From an uncultured delta proteobacterium (GTDB taxonomy: Bacteria > Myxococcota_A > Polyangia > Polyangiales > JAFGIB01): a stretch of 64,000 nucleotides of DNA. This document shows positions 30,949 through 40,165 of this stretch, one piece after another. Below the pieces are notes generated by a model. The model made no database searches and had not been told where the DNA came from. It worked only from the letters and a program-made list of their open reading frames with translations. How positions within the stretch are numbered: position 1 is the first letter of the stretch; each line of letters opens with the position of its first letter. Where the stretch lies: contig CAVZVA010000010.1 in assembly GCA_963778655.1 (NCBI GenBank), positions 832,001 to 896,000 on the forward strand, read 5' to 3'. The translations under genes and the position numbers were made by a program.

Positions 30949-31531
30949 CGCTCGACCGACCGGCGTCGCGCGTGTTCTTGGCGGCCAGCTCGTGCAGGCC
31001 GCGCGGGGCGGTGGCGAGGCCTTCGCGTGGCAGGCCCAGCCGCTGCCGCAGCTCGCTCACGCTGAGCGCCAGCAGCGCCTCGTAGCTCAGGCGATCGTCG
31101 TTGAACAGCGAGCGCGCGCGGCCCGAGGCGCGCCACGCCCTCAGCGTGCGGCGCGGCGCCAGCAGCAGCCCGAGCAGCGCGCCCGAGACCACGATCGAGC
31201 CGACGTAGAGCCCGAGCGCGCGCAACCCGCGGCGCGCCTCCCAAGCCGAGATCTCGGCTTCGCCGGCGTGGTCGGTGCCGTAGCCGGTGGCCACGTGGTG
31301 CAGGTCGTGCAGCCGGATTGCCCAAGCGTGACGCGGCGTGTTCGGCACGCTCAAGGCGATCCCGAACAGCGAGGCCTCGGTGCGGGGCGCCTCGTAGCCC
31401 GCGAGCGTGAAGCCGTTTTCCGCCAGGTATGCGTCGCGACCCTGCCGAACCGTGAGCTCTGCGGGCAAGGGCCGGGCGAGCGAAAGCGACGCGCCTGCGG
31501 CCGGCGATGCGTCTGGATCCGAGCGCAGCAT
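30926..31531 (-). CDS. Hypothetical protein with a Coq4-like HDxxH...E metal motif
   Basis: LHDLHHVATGYGTD..GEAEISAWE; 3' end overlaps htpG by 23 bp. Confidence 0.65.
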   Translation of the reverse strand: MLRSDPDASPAAGASLSLARPLPAELTVRQGRDAYLAENGFTLAGYEAPRTEASLFGIALSVPNTPRHAWAIRLHDLHHVATGYGTDHAGEAEISAWEARRGLRALGLYVGSIVVSGALLGLLLAPRRTLRAWRASGRARSLFNDDRLSYEALLALSVSELRQRLGLPREGLATAPRGLHELAAKNTRDAGRSSATPPSPA

Positions 31532-31640
31532 GCTGGCACCTCCTGTCTAAGCCCCTGCTGTAGGGGCGTTCGTCACCCTGCGCAAGGGCGCGCGGCAGTG
31601 GAGCAGGTGGGGCCGCCGCCAGGCGCGGCGCACACCAGCG

Positions 31641-32894
31641 CTACATCACGTGCGACGGCGGCAAGGGGGGAATGTCCTTGCAGCCGAATTCGAAGGTGAG
31701 CTTGCTGAAGGTTCCGCCCATGGCGCTGGTGCACAGCCCGCCGACCAGCTCCACGTGCGAGCCGTCTGCGCTGATGGTCCAGCCGCCGGAGCTGCCCAGG
31801 TCGTGCGGCACGCTCTCGGGTATCCCCGGGTTGGCGGTCTCTTCCACCACCAGCTGCAGCTTGTCGGGTGTGCTGGTCGGGGGCATCAGATCGATCGAGC
31901 ACGAGTCGAAGCCCGCCATCACGGTCGAGACCACGATGTCGTGGATCTTCTGCTGGAGCTGCATCTGATCGGTGGGTGTCAAGTACTGCATGGTGCCGCC
32001 GGCCTGCGCCAGCGCGGTGAGCACGCTCGGGCCGTTGCCGCCCATCGAGCCCGGCAGGCCCACCACGTAGGTCTTGATGGCGTAGGTCTGGTCCAGGTTG
32101 CTCAGGATCTGGGTCGAGGCGGCCTGGTCCCAGTTGCAGTTGGGCTCGCCGTCGGTGACCAGGATGATTGCGGTGGTGCCGGTCAGGGTCGCGGTCAAGA
32201 CCGCCTGGTTGGCCGCGCTGATCGCTTCCGCAGTCGGCGTCTCGGCCAGCACGCTCATGTCGGCTGCATAGAGCGGGTTGGGCACACCCATGGGTCCGGC
32301 GGCCTGCAGCGCCGCCAGGGCGGCGGGTCCGGGCTGGAAGTCGACTTGATCGACGTCGGTGATCTGATGGATGGCGCACATGCCGTCAGGGTACGCCGGG
32401 AACAGCAGCGCGCCGATGGTGAGCTGATCCTGCAGCGGCGTCAGCGCTGCGATCAGCGCGTTGCCGGCCGCCTGCCATTTCACCATGCCGCTCCAGTCTT
32501 GGAGCATGCTGGTGGAGCGGTCCCAGATGATCAGCACGTTGCCCGGATTCATCACCATCTTGACGGTCGAGGCGAGCGTGAGCGTGCCGCAGCCCTGATC
32601 GGGGTTGTTGGACGCGCAGAACTGCCCGACCTGGCACGTGCTGCCGTCGGCGACCGGCGTGCCCGCGTCCATCGGTGTGAGCGGCGGTCCCGACACCGTC
32701 GGCTGCATCCCGGGATTGCCGAAGTTCATGCCCCCGGTTCCGTTGCTCGTGCCGCTGCCGCCGGTCCCCGCCGTGACCCCGCTCGGTTGACCCGGTGTCA
32801 CGGCGCCGTTGCTGCCGCGCCCTCCGCCGCTGCTCGAGCACGCCAGCATTGCTGTCGAGAGCACCGCCACCATCCAACACCGTAGCTGTCCCAT
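31641..32894 (-). CDS. VWA-domain lipoprotein
   Basis: Signal peptide with lipobox-like MLA-C, Gly/Ser linker, MIDAS DRSTS, TPT and LVTDGEP motifs. Confidence 0.85.
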   Translation of the reverse strand: MGQLRCWMVAVLSTAMLACSSSGGGRGSNGAVTPGQPSGVTAGTGGSGTSNGTGGMNFGNPGMQPTVSGPPLTPMDAGTPVADGSTCQVGQFCASNNPDQGCGTLTLASTVKMVMNPGNVLIIWDRSTSMLQDWSGMVKWQAAGNALIAALTPLQDQLTIGALLFPAYPDGMCAIHQITDVDQVDFQPGPAALAALQAAGPMGVPNPLYAADMSVLAETPTAEAISAANQAVLTATLTGTTAIILVTDGEPNCNWDQAASTQILSNLDQTYAIKTYVVGLPGSMGGNGPSVLTALAQAGGTMQYLTPTDQMQLQQKIHDIVVSTVMAGFDSCSIDLMPPTSTPDKLQLVVEETANPGIPESVPHDLGSSGGWTISADGSHVELVGGLCTSAMGGTFSKLTFEFGCKDIPPLPPSHVM

Positions 32895-33182
32895 GTCGCC
32901 CTCCGAGACTCGATCGGCGTCGACCACCCAATGCGTCGCTTTTCGAGCACTCCGCGTTCAGGCGCCGCGGCGCCGACTCCAACCCTGCCCACCGTACAGT
33001 GGTACCCGTATATGAAAATAGCTCATGTTCGTGACCTGCGCACTCCCCCGGGGGGTGCGTGTCCTCACCAGGTGGTGAGTGCCGTCCTGCGCAGGGGCTC
33101 GGACGGGGCGCGCCCTGGTGGTACAATCGAAGGCGTTGTGACGTCCGAGGTTGGGGCTAGCGTCCCGGCGCAAGCGCGCGCG

Positions 33183-33995
33183 ATGTCTTTCGAGCTGCCC
33201 GAGCAGCTCGCCAGCCACTGGTGCCCCAGCCAGCCCGAATTCAGCCACGCGGCCAGCGCGTTCATGGCTGCGCTGCCGCACCTGGAGCCCTACTTCATTC
33301 ACAACATCCGCCAGGCGGCCGCGCGGCTGCAGGACCCTGGCTTGCAGCGCGACGTAGCGCTGTTCGTCGCGCAAGAGGCGCGCCATGCCCAGCAGCACCG
33401 CCGGCTCAATCAGCTGCTGGCGACGCGCTACCCCGAGCTGCCGCGGCTCGAGCATGTGCTCAAGCAGCGGCTCGAACGCAGCAAGCGACGCCAGTCGCTG
33501 GCGTTTCGCATGGCGTACACCTCGGGCTACGAAGCGATCACCTATCAGCTGGTGTGCTTCATGATGGAGGCGCGGCACACCTGGCTCAGCGACGCCGACC
33601 CGCACGTGCTCGCGCTGCTCAGCTGGCACGGCGCCGAAGAGATCGAGCACAAGGCGGTGGCGTTCGACGTGCTGCAAGCGATCGCGCCGAGCTACGCGCT
33701 GCGCGTGGTCGGGTTCCTGGCGGCGCTGGCGATGACGCTCAAGGACATCCTGGCGATGACGCGCTACATGCTGCGGGTCGACGGCCTGTGGGGGCAGCGC
33801 GCGTGCCGGCGACGCCTGTGGCGGCTGCGCTTGGCGTTCGTGCGCGGGCTGGTGCCGCGCTTTCGCCACTACCTGATGCCGGGCTACGACCCTAGGGCGC
33901 AGCCCGACCCCGAGTGCATGCTGCGCTGGCTCGCGCGCTACCAGGCCGGTGAAGATCTGCGCTCGCTGCCGCTGCACGCGCTCGACGAGCGGTAG
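33183..33995 (+). CDS. Predicted metal-dependent hydrolase (ferritin-like ExxH motifs)
   Basis: FVAQEARHAQQH and WHGAEEIEHKAVAFDV motifs. Confidence 0.85.
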   Translation: MSFELPEQLASHWCPSQPEFSHAASAFMAALPHLEPYFIHNIRQAAARLQDPGLQRDVALFVAQEARHAQQHRRLNQLLATRYPELPRLEHVLKQRLERSKRRQSLAFRMAYTSGYEAITYQLVCFMMEARHTWLSDADPHVLALLSWHGAEEIEHKAVAFDVLQAIAPSYALRVVGFLAALAMTLKDILAMTRYMLRVDGLWGQRACRRRLWRLRLAFVRGLVPRFRHYLMPGYDPRAQPDPECMLRWLARYQAGEDLRSLPLHALDER

Positions 33996-34004
33996 GGGCT
34001 GTCC

Positions 34005-37000
34005 CTAACTCCGGCGCAGCGCGTGTGCGACGGCTTCGAGCAGCTCGGCGCTGACCGCGCGCGCGCCAGCGGCGTCGAGCGCCGCGGCGCCCACGATCTC
34101 GGAGCTGTCGCGGCCGACCGACCACAGCAGGTGCAGCCGGTAGCCCGCCGCGCTGTTGCCGCTGGCCGCGTCGGCTGCGGCCGTGGTGTCTGCGGTCGAA
34201 GGCGCCCCGCCCTCGACCAGGTCGGTTTCGCTGTCCTGGGTCGAGGCGCACGCCAGGGCATCGATCCGCGACCACAGCGCGGCCGGCGGCTCGCCCTCGG
34301 GCGCCGCCGCGGCCAGCTGGAAGCCGGCCTCACCGCTGACGAACAGGAAGCCCGCGCGCGCCCCCGCGCGCTCCAGCAGCCGCTGCAAGCAGCGTTGCTT
34401 GCGCTCCTCGGGGCTGCGGCAGCCGCGCAGCGAGGCCTGCATCTCGCCGATCTCGCGCGCGCGGCGAGCGGCCGCCTCGGCCGACTCCGGCAGTACCAGC
34501 CCCGGAAACTCGAGCGCGGCCTCCTGCGCCAGCCGTTCGATGCGGCCGATCAAGGTCGGCACGCGCGTGGGCCGGTACCAGCGTTCGACCGCTGCCAGGT
34601 GGCGCTCGAGCGCGCTGCGATCTTGTGCTTGCAGCGCAACGCGCGCCCGCGCCCAGTGCAGCAGGCCCAGCGTCAGCGGGCCGCCGCCCGGGGCGTGCTC
34701 CGCGATCAGGGCGTCGAGCCGGCGCGCGGCGGGCTCGAGCTGCCCGAGTCCGGCTTCGGCCAGCGCGTGTTGCACCTCGACCTGCAGGAACATGCGCACG
34801 AACGGACGGTCGCTCGGCCGCAGCGCGGCTTCGGCGCGCTCGCACACGCGCAGCGCGTCGGCGTGGCGGCCGCTGCGGTTGTAGGCCTCGGCCAGCCCGC
34901 CCATCGCGCGGCCCCAGCCGATGAAGCCGCGCGGGGGCGACTCCGCGATCACGCGCTCGTAGATCTCGATCGCCTCGGCGGCGCTGCCGCGCATCACCAG
35001 GTAGGCGGCGCGCGAGAGCCGGGCCGAGCGCTCGACCGAGGGCAGCGTGGCGGACAGAAGCTCCAGCTGCTCGCACACGTGCTTGAGCCCGACCACGTCG
35101 CCGAGCGCCGCATACGCCACCGACAGTGTCAGCGGCACCGTCACCTCCACCTGCCAGGCGGAGCCGGTCTGCACGGCGTGCAGCTCCATGCGCTTGCGGT
35201 AGGACTCGGCCAGCTCCATCTCGCCGCGTCCCGCGTGGTGCAGCATGCGCAGCTGGCTGGCGGCGCGGTCGTAGATGCGCAGGCCGAGCGACTCGAGCTC
35301 GCGCGCGTGCTCCAGCACCTGCTCGCCCTCGTGCCAGCTCTCCACGATGCCGCAGGCGAACAGCGCCCCGCCGCGGTACAGCTGGCGCACGTACTCGGGG
35401 AAGCCCCGCAGCGGCTGCTTGGAGGAGAGTCGCTGCAGCAGCGAGCGCCAACCTTCCAGCGTTTCGGGCTCGCGCTCGAGCGTGTTGTGCATCAGCCACA
35501 CGCAGTACTCGTGGATGAAGCTGGTGATGTGGCCGGCGCCGAGCGCGGTCAGCGGCTCGATGAAGTCGACCGCCTTGCGGACCGAGGCGGTGTCCAGGCA
35601 CACCGTGCCGGCGCCCGCCTGGGTGGTGACGCAGTTGACCAGCAGCACGAAGACATGGCTGAAGTCATCGAAGCGCAGCGCGCGCGGCGTGAGCGCGAAG
35701 CGCAGCGCGGCCCAGCCGAGCCCCAGGTACATGCTCAGCCGCCGCCCCAGCACGGGTCGCAGCTTGCGCGCCAGCGACATCCCGCTGGCGCGGCTGAGCA
35801 GCTCGAATGCCTCGTCGGCGTATTCGAGCGAGAGCCGGCGATCGGAGTAGTAGCCCTCGGTCGCCAGCCGGGCCACCACCGGCAGCAACTCATAGAGCGA
35901 GCGGCCGTGCTCGAGGTAGACCTTGCGCGCGGCCTCGAGCGCGGGGATCGCGGCCTGCAACGCCCCGGTGCCGATCTCGAAGCGGCGCGCGGTGCGCGCC
36001 AGCAGCTGGGCGCCCTCGAGCTGCTTGCCGCCGCGCAACAGGTGGAAGCCGGCCTCGACCTGGGTGAGGTAGTCGTCGGCGTCCGCGGTGGCCAGCATGG
36101 CGGCGCCGAGCGTCAGGTGCAGCTCAGCGCGGCGCGCGTCGTCGAGCCGTGACAGCACGATCGCGCGCAACGCCTCCTGGTGCAGGCGATAGCTATCGCC
36201 GGAGACGGAGATCACCTCGTGTGCGAGCAGCTCGTCCAAGCGGTTCCACACCTCCGGCACGCCCAGCGCGCGGCACAACTCGATGTCGACCGGTCCTTCG
36301 GCCAGGCTCAGCAGCTCGAGCAGCTCGAGCGCTGCAGCAGGCAGGCGCCCCAGCCGCTCGAGCAGCGCCTCTTCGAGCCGGGACGGCAGCGCGTCGAGCG
36401 AGACCTCCTGCGGCACGAACCAGCTGCCGTCCTGGTAGCGCACCACCCCACGCCGCAGCAGCTCCGAGGCCAGCTCCAGGCAGTGGGCCGGATTGCCGGC
36501 GGCCACGCGCTGCATCCATTCGCCCAAACGCTCGATGTTGGGCAGCTCGCCGAAGATGGCGCGGGCGAGCGCCGTGGTCTGCTGCGGGTTCAGATCGTGC
36601 AGCAGTAGCACGCGCGAGGCTTGGCGCAGCAAGCGTACCGAGGCCGGCAGCGTGGCGTGCGGATCCGTGGCCAGCGCGGTGATGATCGCGAGCTTACGCG
36701 AGCCGCCCTCCGCCGCCAGCGCGGCGAGCACCGCGATCGAGGCGTCGTCGGCGCGTTCCAGGTTGTCGACCGCGATCAACAAGGGGCGCCGGGAGCCGGC
36801 CGCCAGCAGCCAGCCTTTGAAGGCTTGCTGGACGCGCACGCGCCATTCGCCCGGCGCCTGCGGGATCTCGGCGAGCGCGGTGGATTGCAGCCGCTCCTGC
36901 AACGCGGGCGAGAGCCGCGCCAGCACCTGTGCGTGCTCGCCCTGCAGCACGCGTGCCTCGTTCGCGGCGGCATCGAGCAGCCTCAGGCACAGCGCCTGTG

Positions 37001-38066
37001 CCACCCCGTTCTCGCGCCGCTCGCGGTCGGCGTCGACCTGCAACACGGTGACGCCGGCCAGCTGCGCGCGCACGCACGCCTCCGCCAGCAGCCGCGAGCG
37101 GCCCGCGCCGCGCACGCCCTCGAACAACAGCGAGCTGCCGCGCTCCTCTAGCGTCTCGCGTAGCTGCCGCTGCACCAGGTCGAGCTGGTGATCGCGGCCG
37201 ACCAGCGCCGCGCCCAGCAGGTAGCCCTGCGCCGTCTGCCCCTCGTCCTCGGGCGCAAGCGCCGCGATCACCGTTAGCCGGTCGATCACCTCGGCCGCGC
37301 TGGCCGGCCGCGCCAGCGGGTCTTGGCGCAGCAGCGACAGCACCAGCTCGTCGAGCTCGGGCGGGATCGACGCGACCAGCATCGAGGGCGGGAAAGGCGC
37401 GCGCTGCCACAACCGGCCCAGATCCTGGAACGAGGTGGCGGCGTAGGCGTGCCGCCCGCTGAGCAGGTAGTACGCGGTTGCGCCGAGCGCGTAGAGGTCG
37501 GAGCGCTGGTCGAGCGGCGCGCCGCGGATCGCCTCCGGCGGGACGCACGGCGGCGTGCCCACCAGGTCGCTGGCGATGCCGAAGCTCATCAGCGCGCCGA
37601 AGTCGATCAGCTTGCAGCGCCCGTCCTGGGTGACGCGGACGTTGCGCGGGCTTAGATCGCGGTGCAGCAGGCGGCGGGCGTGCAGCAGCGCGAGCGAGGA
37701 CGCGATGTCGCGCAGATAGGCGCAGGCGGTCGCGTAGGGCACCGGCGCCAGCTCGTGCAGATCGCTGCCGGGTAGCAGCTCCATCGTGTAATAGGCGCCC
37801 GCCGCTTCGACGCCGTAGTCGTAGACCTCGATGATGCGGGGGTGCTTGAGGCTGCGCAGCGTCTGGTACTCGCGCTCGAACAGCGCCGCCGCGCTGCGCG
37901 CTCCGGCCTGCAGGCGCTTGAGCGCGAGCGTGCGCCCGCTCGACTGGTCGCGCACGCGGTAGACCGAGCCCATGCCGCCCTTGGCCAGCGTCGCCTCGAT
38001 TTGGTAGCGCCCCGCGACGGGCACCTGCCGCGTGCTCGCCGTGCTCTCGGCTGGACTCGCGCTCAA
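34005..38066 (-). CDS. Large Ser/Thr kinase - P-loop NTPase - helical repeat protein
   Basis: GGMGSVY, HRDLSPRN and DFG kinase motifs; LVGRD, GVRGAGRSRLL, IAVDNLE.AD and GNP NTPase motifs; TPR-like C-terminus. TTG start inferred. Confidence 0.88.
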   Translation of the reverse strand: MSASPAESTASTRQVPVAGRYQIEATLAKGGMGSVYRVRDQSSGRTLALKRLQAGARSAAALFEREYQTLRSLKHPRIIEVYDYGVEAAGAYYTMELLPGSDLHELAPVPYATACAYLRDIASSLALLHARRLLHRDLSPRNVRVTQDGRCKLIDFGALMSFGIASDLVGTPPCVPPEAIRGAPLDQRSDLYALGATAYYLLSGRHAYAATSFQDLGRLWQRAPFPPSMLVASIPPELDELVLSLLRQDPLARPASAAEVIDRLTVIAALAPEDEGQTAQGYLLGAALVGRDHQLDLVQRQLRETLEERGSSLLFEGVRGAGRSRLLAEACVRAQLAGVTVLQVDADRERRENGVAQALCLRLLDAAANEARVLQGEHAQVLARLSPALQERLQSTALAEIPQAPGEWRVRVQQAFKGWLLAAGSRRPLLIAVDNLERADDASIAVLAALAAEGGSRKLAIITALATDPHATLPASVRLLRQASRVLLLHDLNPQQTTALARAIFGELPNIERLGEWMQRVAAGNPAHCLELASELLRRGVVRYQDGSWFVPQEVSLDALPSRLEEALLERLGRLPAAALELLELLSLAEGPVDIELCRALGVPEVWNRLDELLAHEVISVSGDSYRLHQEALRAIVLSRLDDARRAELHLTLGAAMLATADADDYLTQVEAGFHLLRGGKQLEGAQLLARTARRFEIGTGALQAAIPALEAARKVYLEHGRSLYELLPVVARLATEGYYSDRRLSLEYADEAFELLSRASGMSLARKLRPVLGRRLSMYLGLGWAALRFALTPRALRFDDFSHVFVLLVNCVTTQAGAGTVCLDTASVRKAVDFIEPLTALGAGHITSFIHEYCVWLMHNTLEREPETLEGWRSLLQRLSSKQPLRGFPEYVRQLYRGGALFACGIVESWHEGEQVLEHARELESLGLRIYDRAASQLRMLHHAGRGEMELAESYRKRMELHAVQTGSAWQVEVTVPLTLSVAYAALGDVVGLKHVCEQLELLSATLPSVERSARLSRAAYLVMRGSAAEAIEIYERVIAESPPRGFIGWGRAMGGLAEAYNRSGRHADALRVCERAEAALRPSDRPFVRMFLQVEVQHALAEAGLGQLEPAARRLDALIAEHAPGGGPLTLGLLHWARARVALQAQDRSALERHLAAVERWYRPTRVPTLIGRIERLAQEAALEFPGLVLPESAEAAARRAREIGEMQASLRGCRSPEERKQRCLQRLLERAGARAGFLFVSGEAGFQLAAAAPEGEPPAALWSRIDALACASTQDSETDLVEGGAPSTADTTAAADAASGNSAAGYRLHLLWSVGRDSSEIVGAAALDAAGARAVSAELLEAVAHALRRS

Positions 38067-38243
38067 GCCATCCTCACTGCTCTGCCCCCTCCAAGGATAA
38101 GGACGGGGAAACCGTGGCGATAGCGGTGCGCGGATCGGCCACCGGCACGGGGATGGGCGCAAACAGGCTGCGCGGTGGTCGCGCCCCCGGCAAAGGCGCA
38201 GGTCCTGCCACCCGGCAGGGGGCCTTCGCCCTTGGCGCCGCGC

Positions 38244-38501
38244 TCAGCGCCGGTCGCGCGCCAACCGTTCTCGCGCGCGCTGCGCGGCCTGGCCGAAGCC
38301 GAGGCTCGCGTCGCGCTCCATCTCGGCGAAGATCAGCCGCTCGCACAACTCCTGATCGCCGTCGCACGCCAGCAGCAGCGCCTTGATCCTGCGCCGCTCG
38401 CGCCGTTTCGGGCTCTGCTGGTACAGGTAGCGGCCACCCAGCGCGAGTAGCACCAGCAGCAGCACGATTCCGATCGCGTTCACCCGGCTGGTATAGCGCA
38501 C
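38244..38501 (-). CDS. Small membrane-anchored hypothetical protein
   Basis: N-terminal TM, then LLLACDGDQELCERLI..E...A.ERL.RDRR; fills the intergenic gap. Confidence 0.6.
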   Translation of the reverse strand: MRYTSRVNAIGIVLLLVLLALGGRYLYQQSPKRRERRRIKALLLACDGDQELCERLIFAEMERDASLGFGQAAQRARERLARDRR

Positions 38502-38598
38502 GCGGCGGCCGCGCCAGGCCCGCGGGCGCTGCGTTGCGCGATCCGGCCCGCTCGGTCACAATCCGCCCCGCCCGCGCACACGCGCGGCAGAGCCGCAG

Positions 38599-40137
38599 AT
38601 GACATCGCTGGCAACGGGGCGCAGCTCGACGTCGTGGCCGGCTGCGCCGTCGCGGCGATTCGTGTTGGGCTGCGTGCTGCTGGCGGCGGCGCTGCACCTG
38701 CTCTCGGCGCTGTGCAGCTCGGGCTTCCTGCAGGCCGACGAGCACTTCCAGCTGCTCGAGTTCGCCGAGTGGAAGCTGGGTCGGGATCCGGCTGCGGATC
38801 TGCCCTGGGAGTTCCCGCGGCGCATGCGCCCCAGCCTGCAACCCACGATCGCGTGCGGCTTCATCCTGGCGGCGGGCGCGGTGGGCGTCAGCGACCCGTT
38901 CGTGATCGCGAGCGCCCTGCGCGTGACTTCGGCCGCGCTCGGGCTGTGGGCGGCGTTGCTGCTGTTCTTCCGCTTCGCGCGCAGGCTCGAATCCAAGGCG
39001 CTGGTTCGCGCCCTGCTGCTCGCGCTGTGCTTCTTCTGGCCAATGGCGTTTCTGCGCGCGCGCTACTCGTCGGAGGGCTGGGCCAGCTCGCTGCTGGTGC
39101 TCGGCATCGTCGCGCTAGAGCGCGCGCTCGAGAGCCCACCGCGGCCGGCGCACGGCTTCGGCTTCACGTCCGGGCTGCTGCTCGCGTTGTCGTTCTTCTG
39201 CCGCTTTCAGGTCGGCTTCAGCGTGCTCGGGATCATGCTGTGGCTGGTGCTGATCCGCCGCGCGCCGCGCGGCCTGCTGGCCGCGGTCGTGGCCGGCGGC
39301 GCGCTCGGGCTCGGCGCAAACCTGCTGCTCGATCACTGGTTCTACGGCCAATGGGTGCTGACGCCCGTGCGCTACCTGCAGGCCAACATCATCGAGGACC
39401 GCGCGTCGGCCTGGGGACGGCTGCCGTTCTGGTACTACCCCGAGGTGCTGCTCGAGGTCATGCTGCCGCCGTTTAGCTTGCTGTTCGGGGCAGCGCTGCT
39501 GGTCGCAGTGTGGAAGCGGCCGCGCGAGCTGCTGGTGTGGGCGGCGCTACCGTTCCTGCTCGGACACATGGCGGTCGGGCACAAGGAAGCGCGCTTCCTG
39601 ATTCCGCTGATGGATCTGATCCCGCCGCTGGTCGTGCTGGGGCTCGAAGCGCTGCAGGGCGAGCCGCGCAGGTTGCTGCTGGCCTTCGCGCGCTCGGCGC
39701 TCGGCCGGCTCGCGCTAGCCGGACTGATCGGCCTCGACCTGCTGGTGTTGGTCCCGGCCTCGCTGCGGCCGCTGAGGCCGCAAGTCGTCCTGCAGCGCTG
39801 GTTCTACCAGCGGGCTCGCAGCGGGCCGGTCGAGGTGTGGTCCAAGGAGGTGGACCTGTACGGGCGCCCGACGCTGGCGATGAGCTTCTACGCCGCGCCC
39901 GCGGTCCACACCCGTGTGTTTGCCGACGACGCGGCGCTCGTCTCCGCCCTGCGCAAGACGCGCGGGCCGATCTTCGTGCTCGAGAAGGGACTCGATCCGC
40001 CGCCGGCGCTGCGGGCCCCGGCGCTCGCGTGCCGCGTCGCGTTCCGCACCTTGCCCGCGTGGCTGGTGCCGCGCCCGCAGCGGCGATTCACCGGCTGGCT
40101 CAAGCCCTGGAGCGTGTACCGCTGCCGGGATCGCTGA
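38599..40137 (+). CDS. Alg9/PIG-B-like (GT22) membrane mannosyltransferase
   Basis: ADEHFQLLEFA, LPWEF...MRP and GHKEARFL motifs; many TMs. Confidence 0.85.
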   Translation: MTSLATGRSSTSWPAAPSRRFVLGCVLLAAALHLLSALCSSGFLQADEHFQLLEFAEWKLGRDPAADLPWEFPRRMRPSLQPTIACGFILAAGAVGVSDPFVIASALRVTSAALGLWAALLLFFRFARRLESKALVRALLLALCFFWPMAFLRARYSSEGWASSLLVLGIVALERALESPPRPAHGFGFTSGLLLALSFFCRFQVGFSVLGIMLWLVLIRRAPRGLLAAVVAGGALGLGANLLLDHWFYGQWVLTPVRYLQANIIEDRASAWGRLPFWYYPEVLLEVMLPPFSLLFGAALLVAVWKRPRELLVWAALPFLLGHMAVGHKEARFLIPLMDLIPPLVVLGLEALQGEPRRLLLAFARSALGRLALAGLIGLDLLVLVPASLRPLRPQVVLQRWFYQRARSGPVEVWSKEVDLYGRPTLAMSFYAAPAVHTRVFADDAALVSALRKTRGPIFVLEKGLDPPPALRAPALACRVAFRTLPAWLVPRPQRRFTGWLKPWSVYRCRDR

Positions 40138-40165
40138 GGGCGTCCCGGCTGCTATAGTCCGCCGG

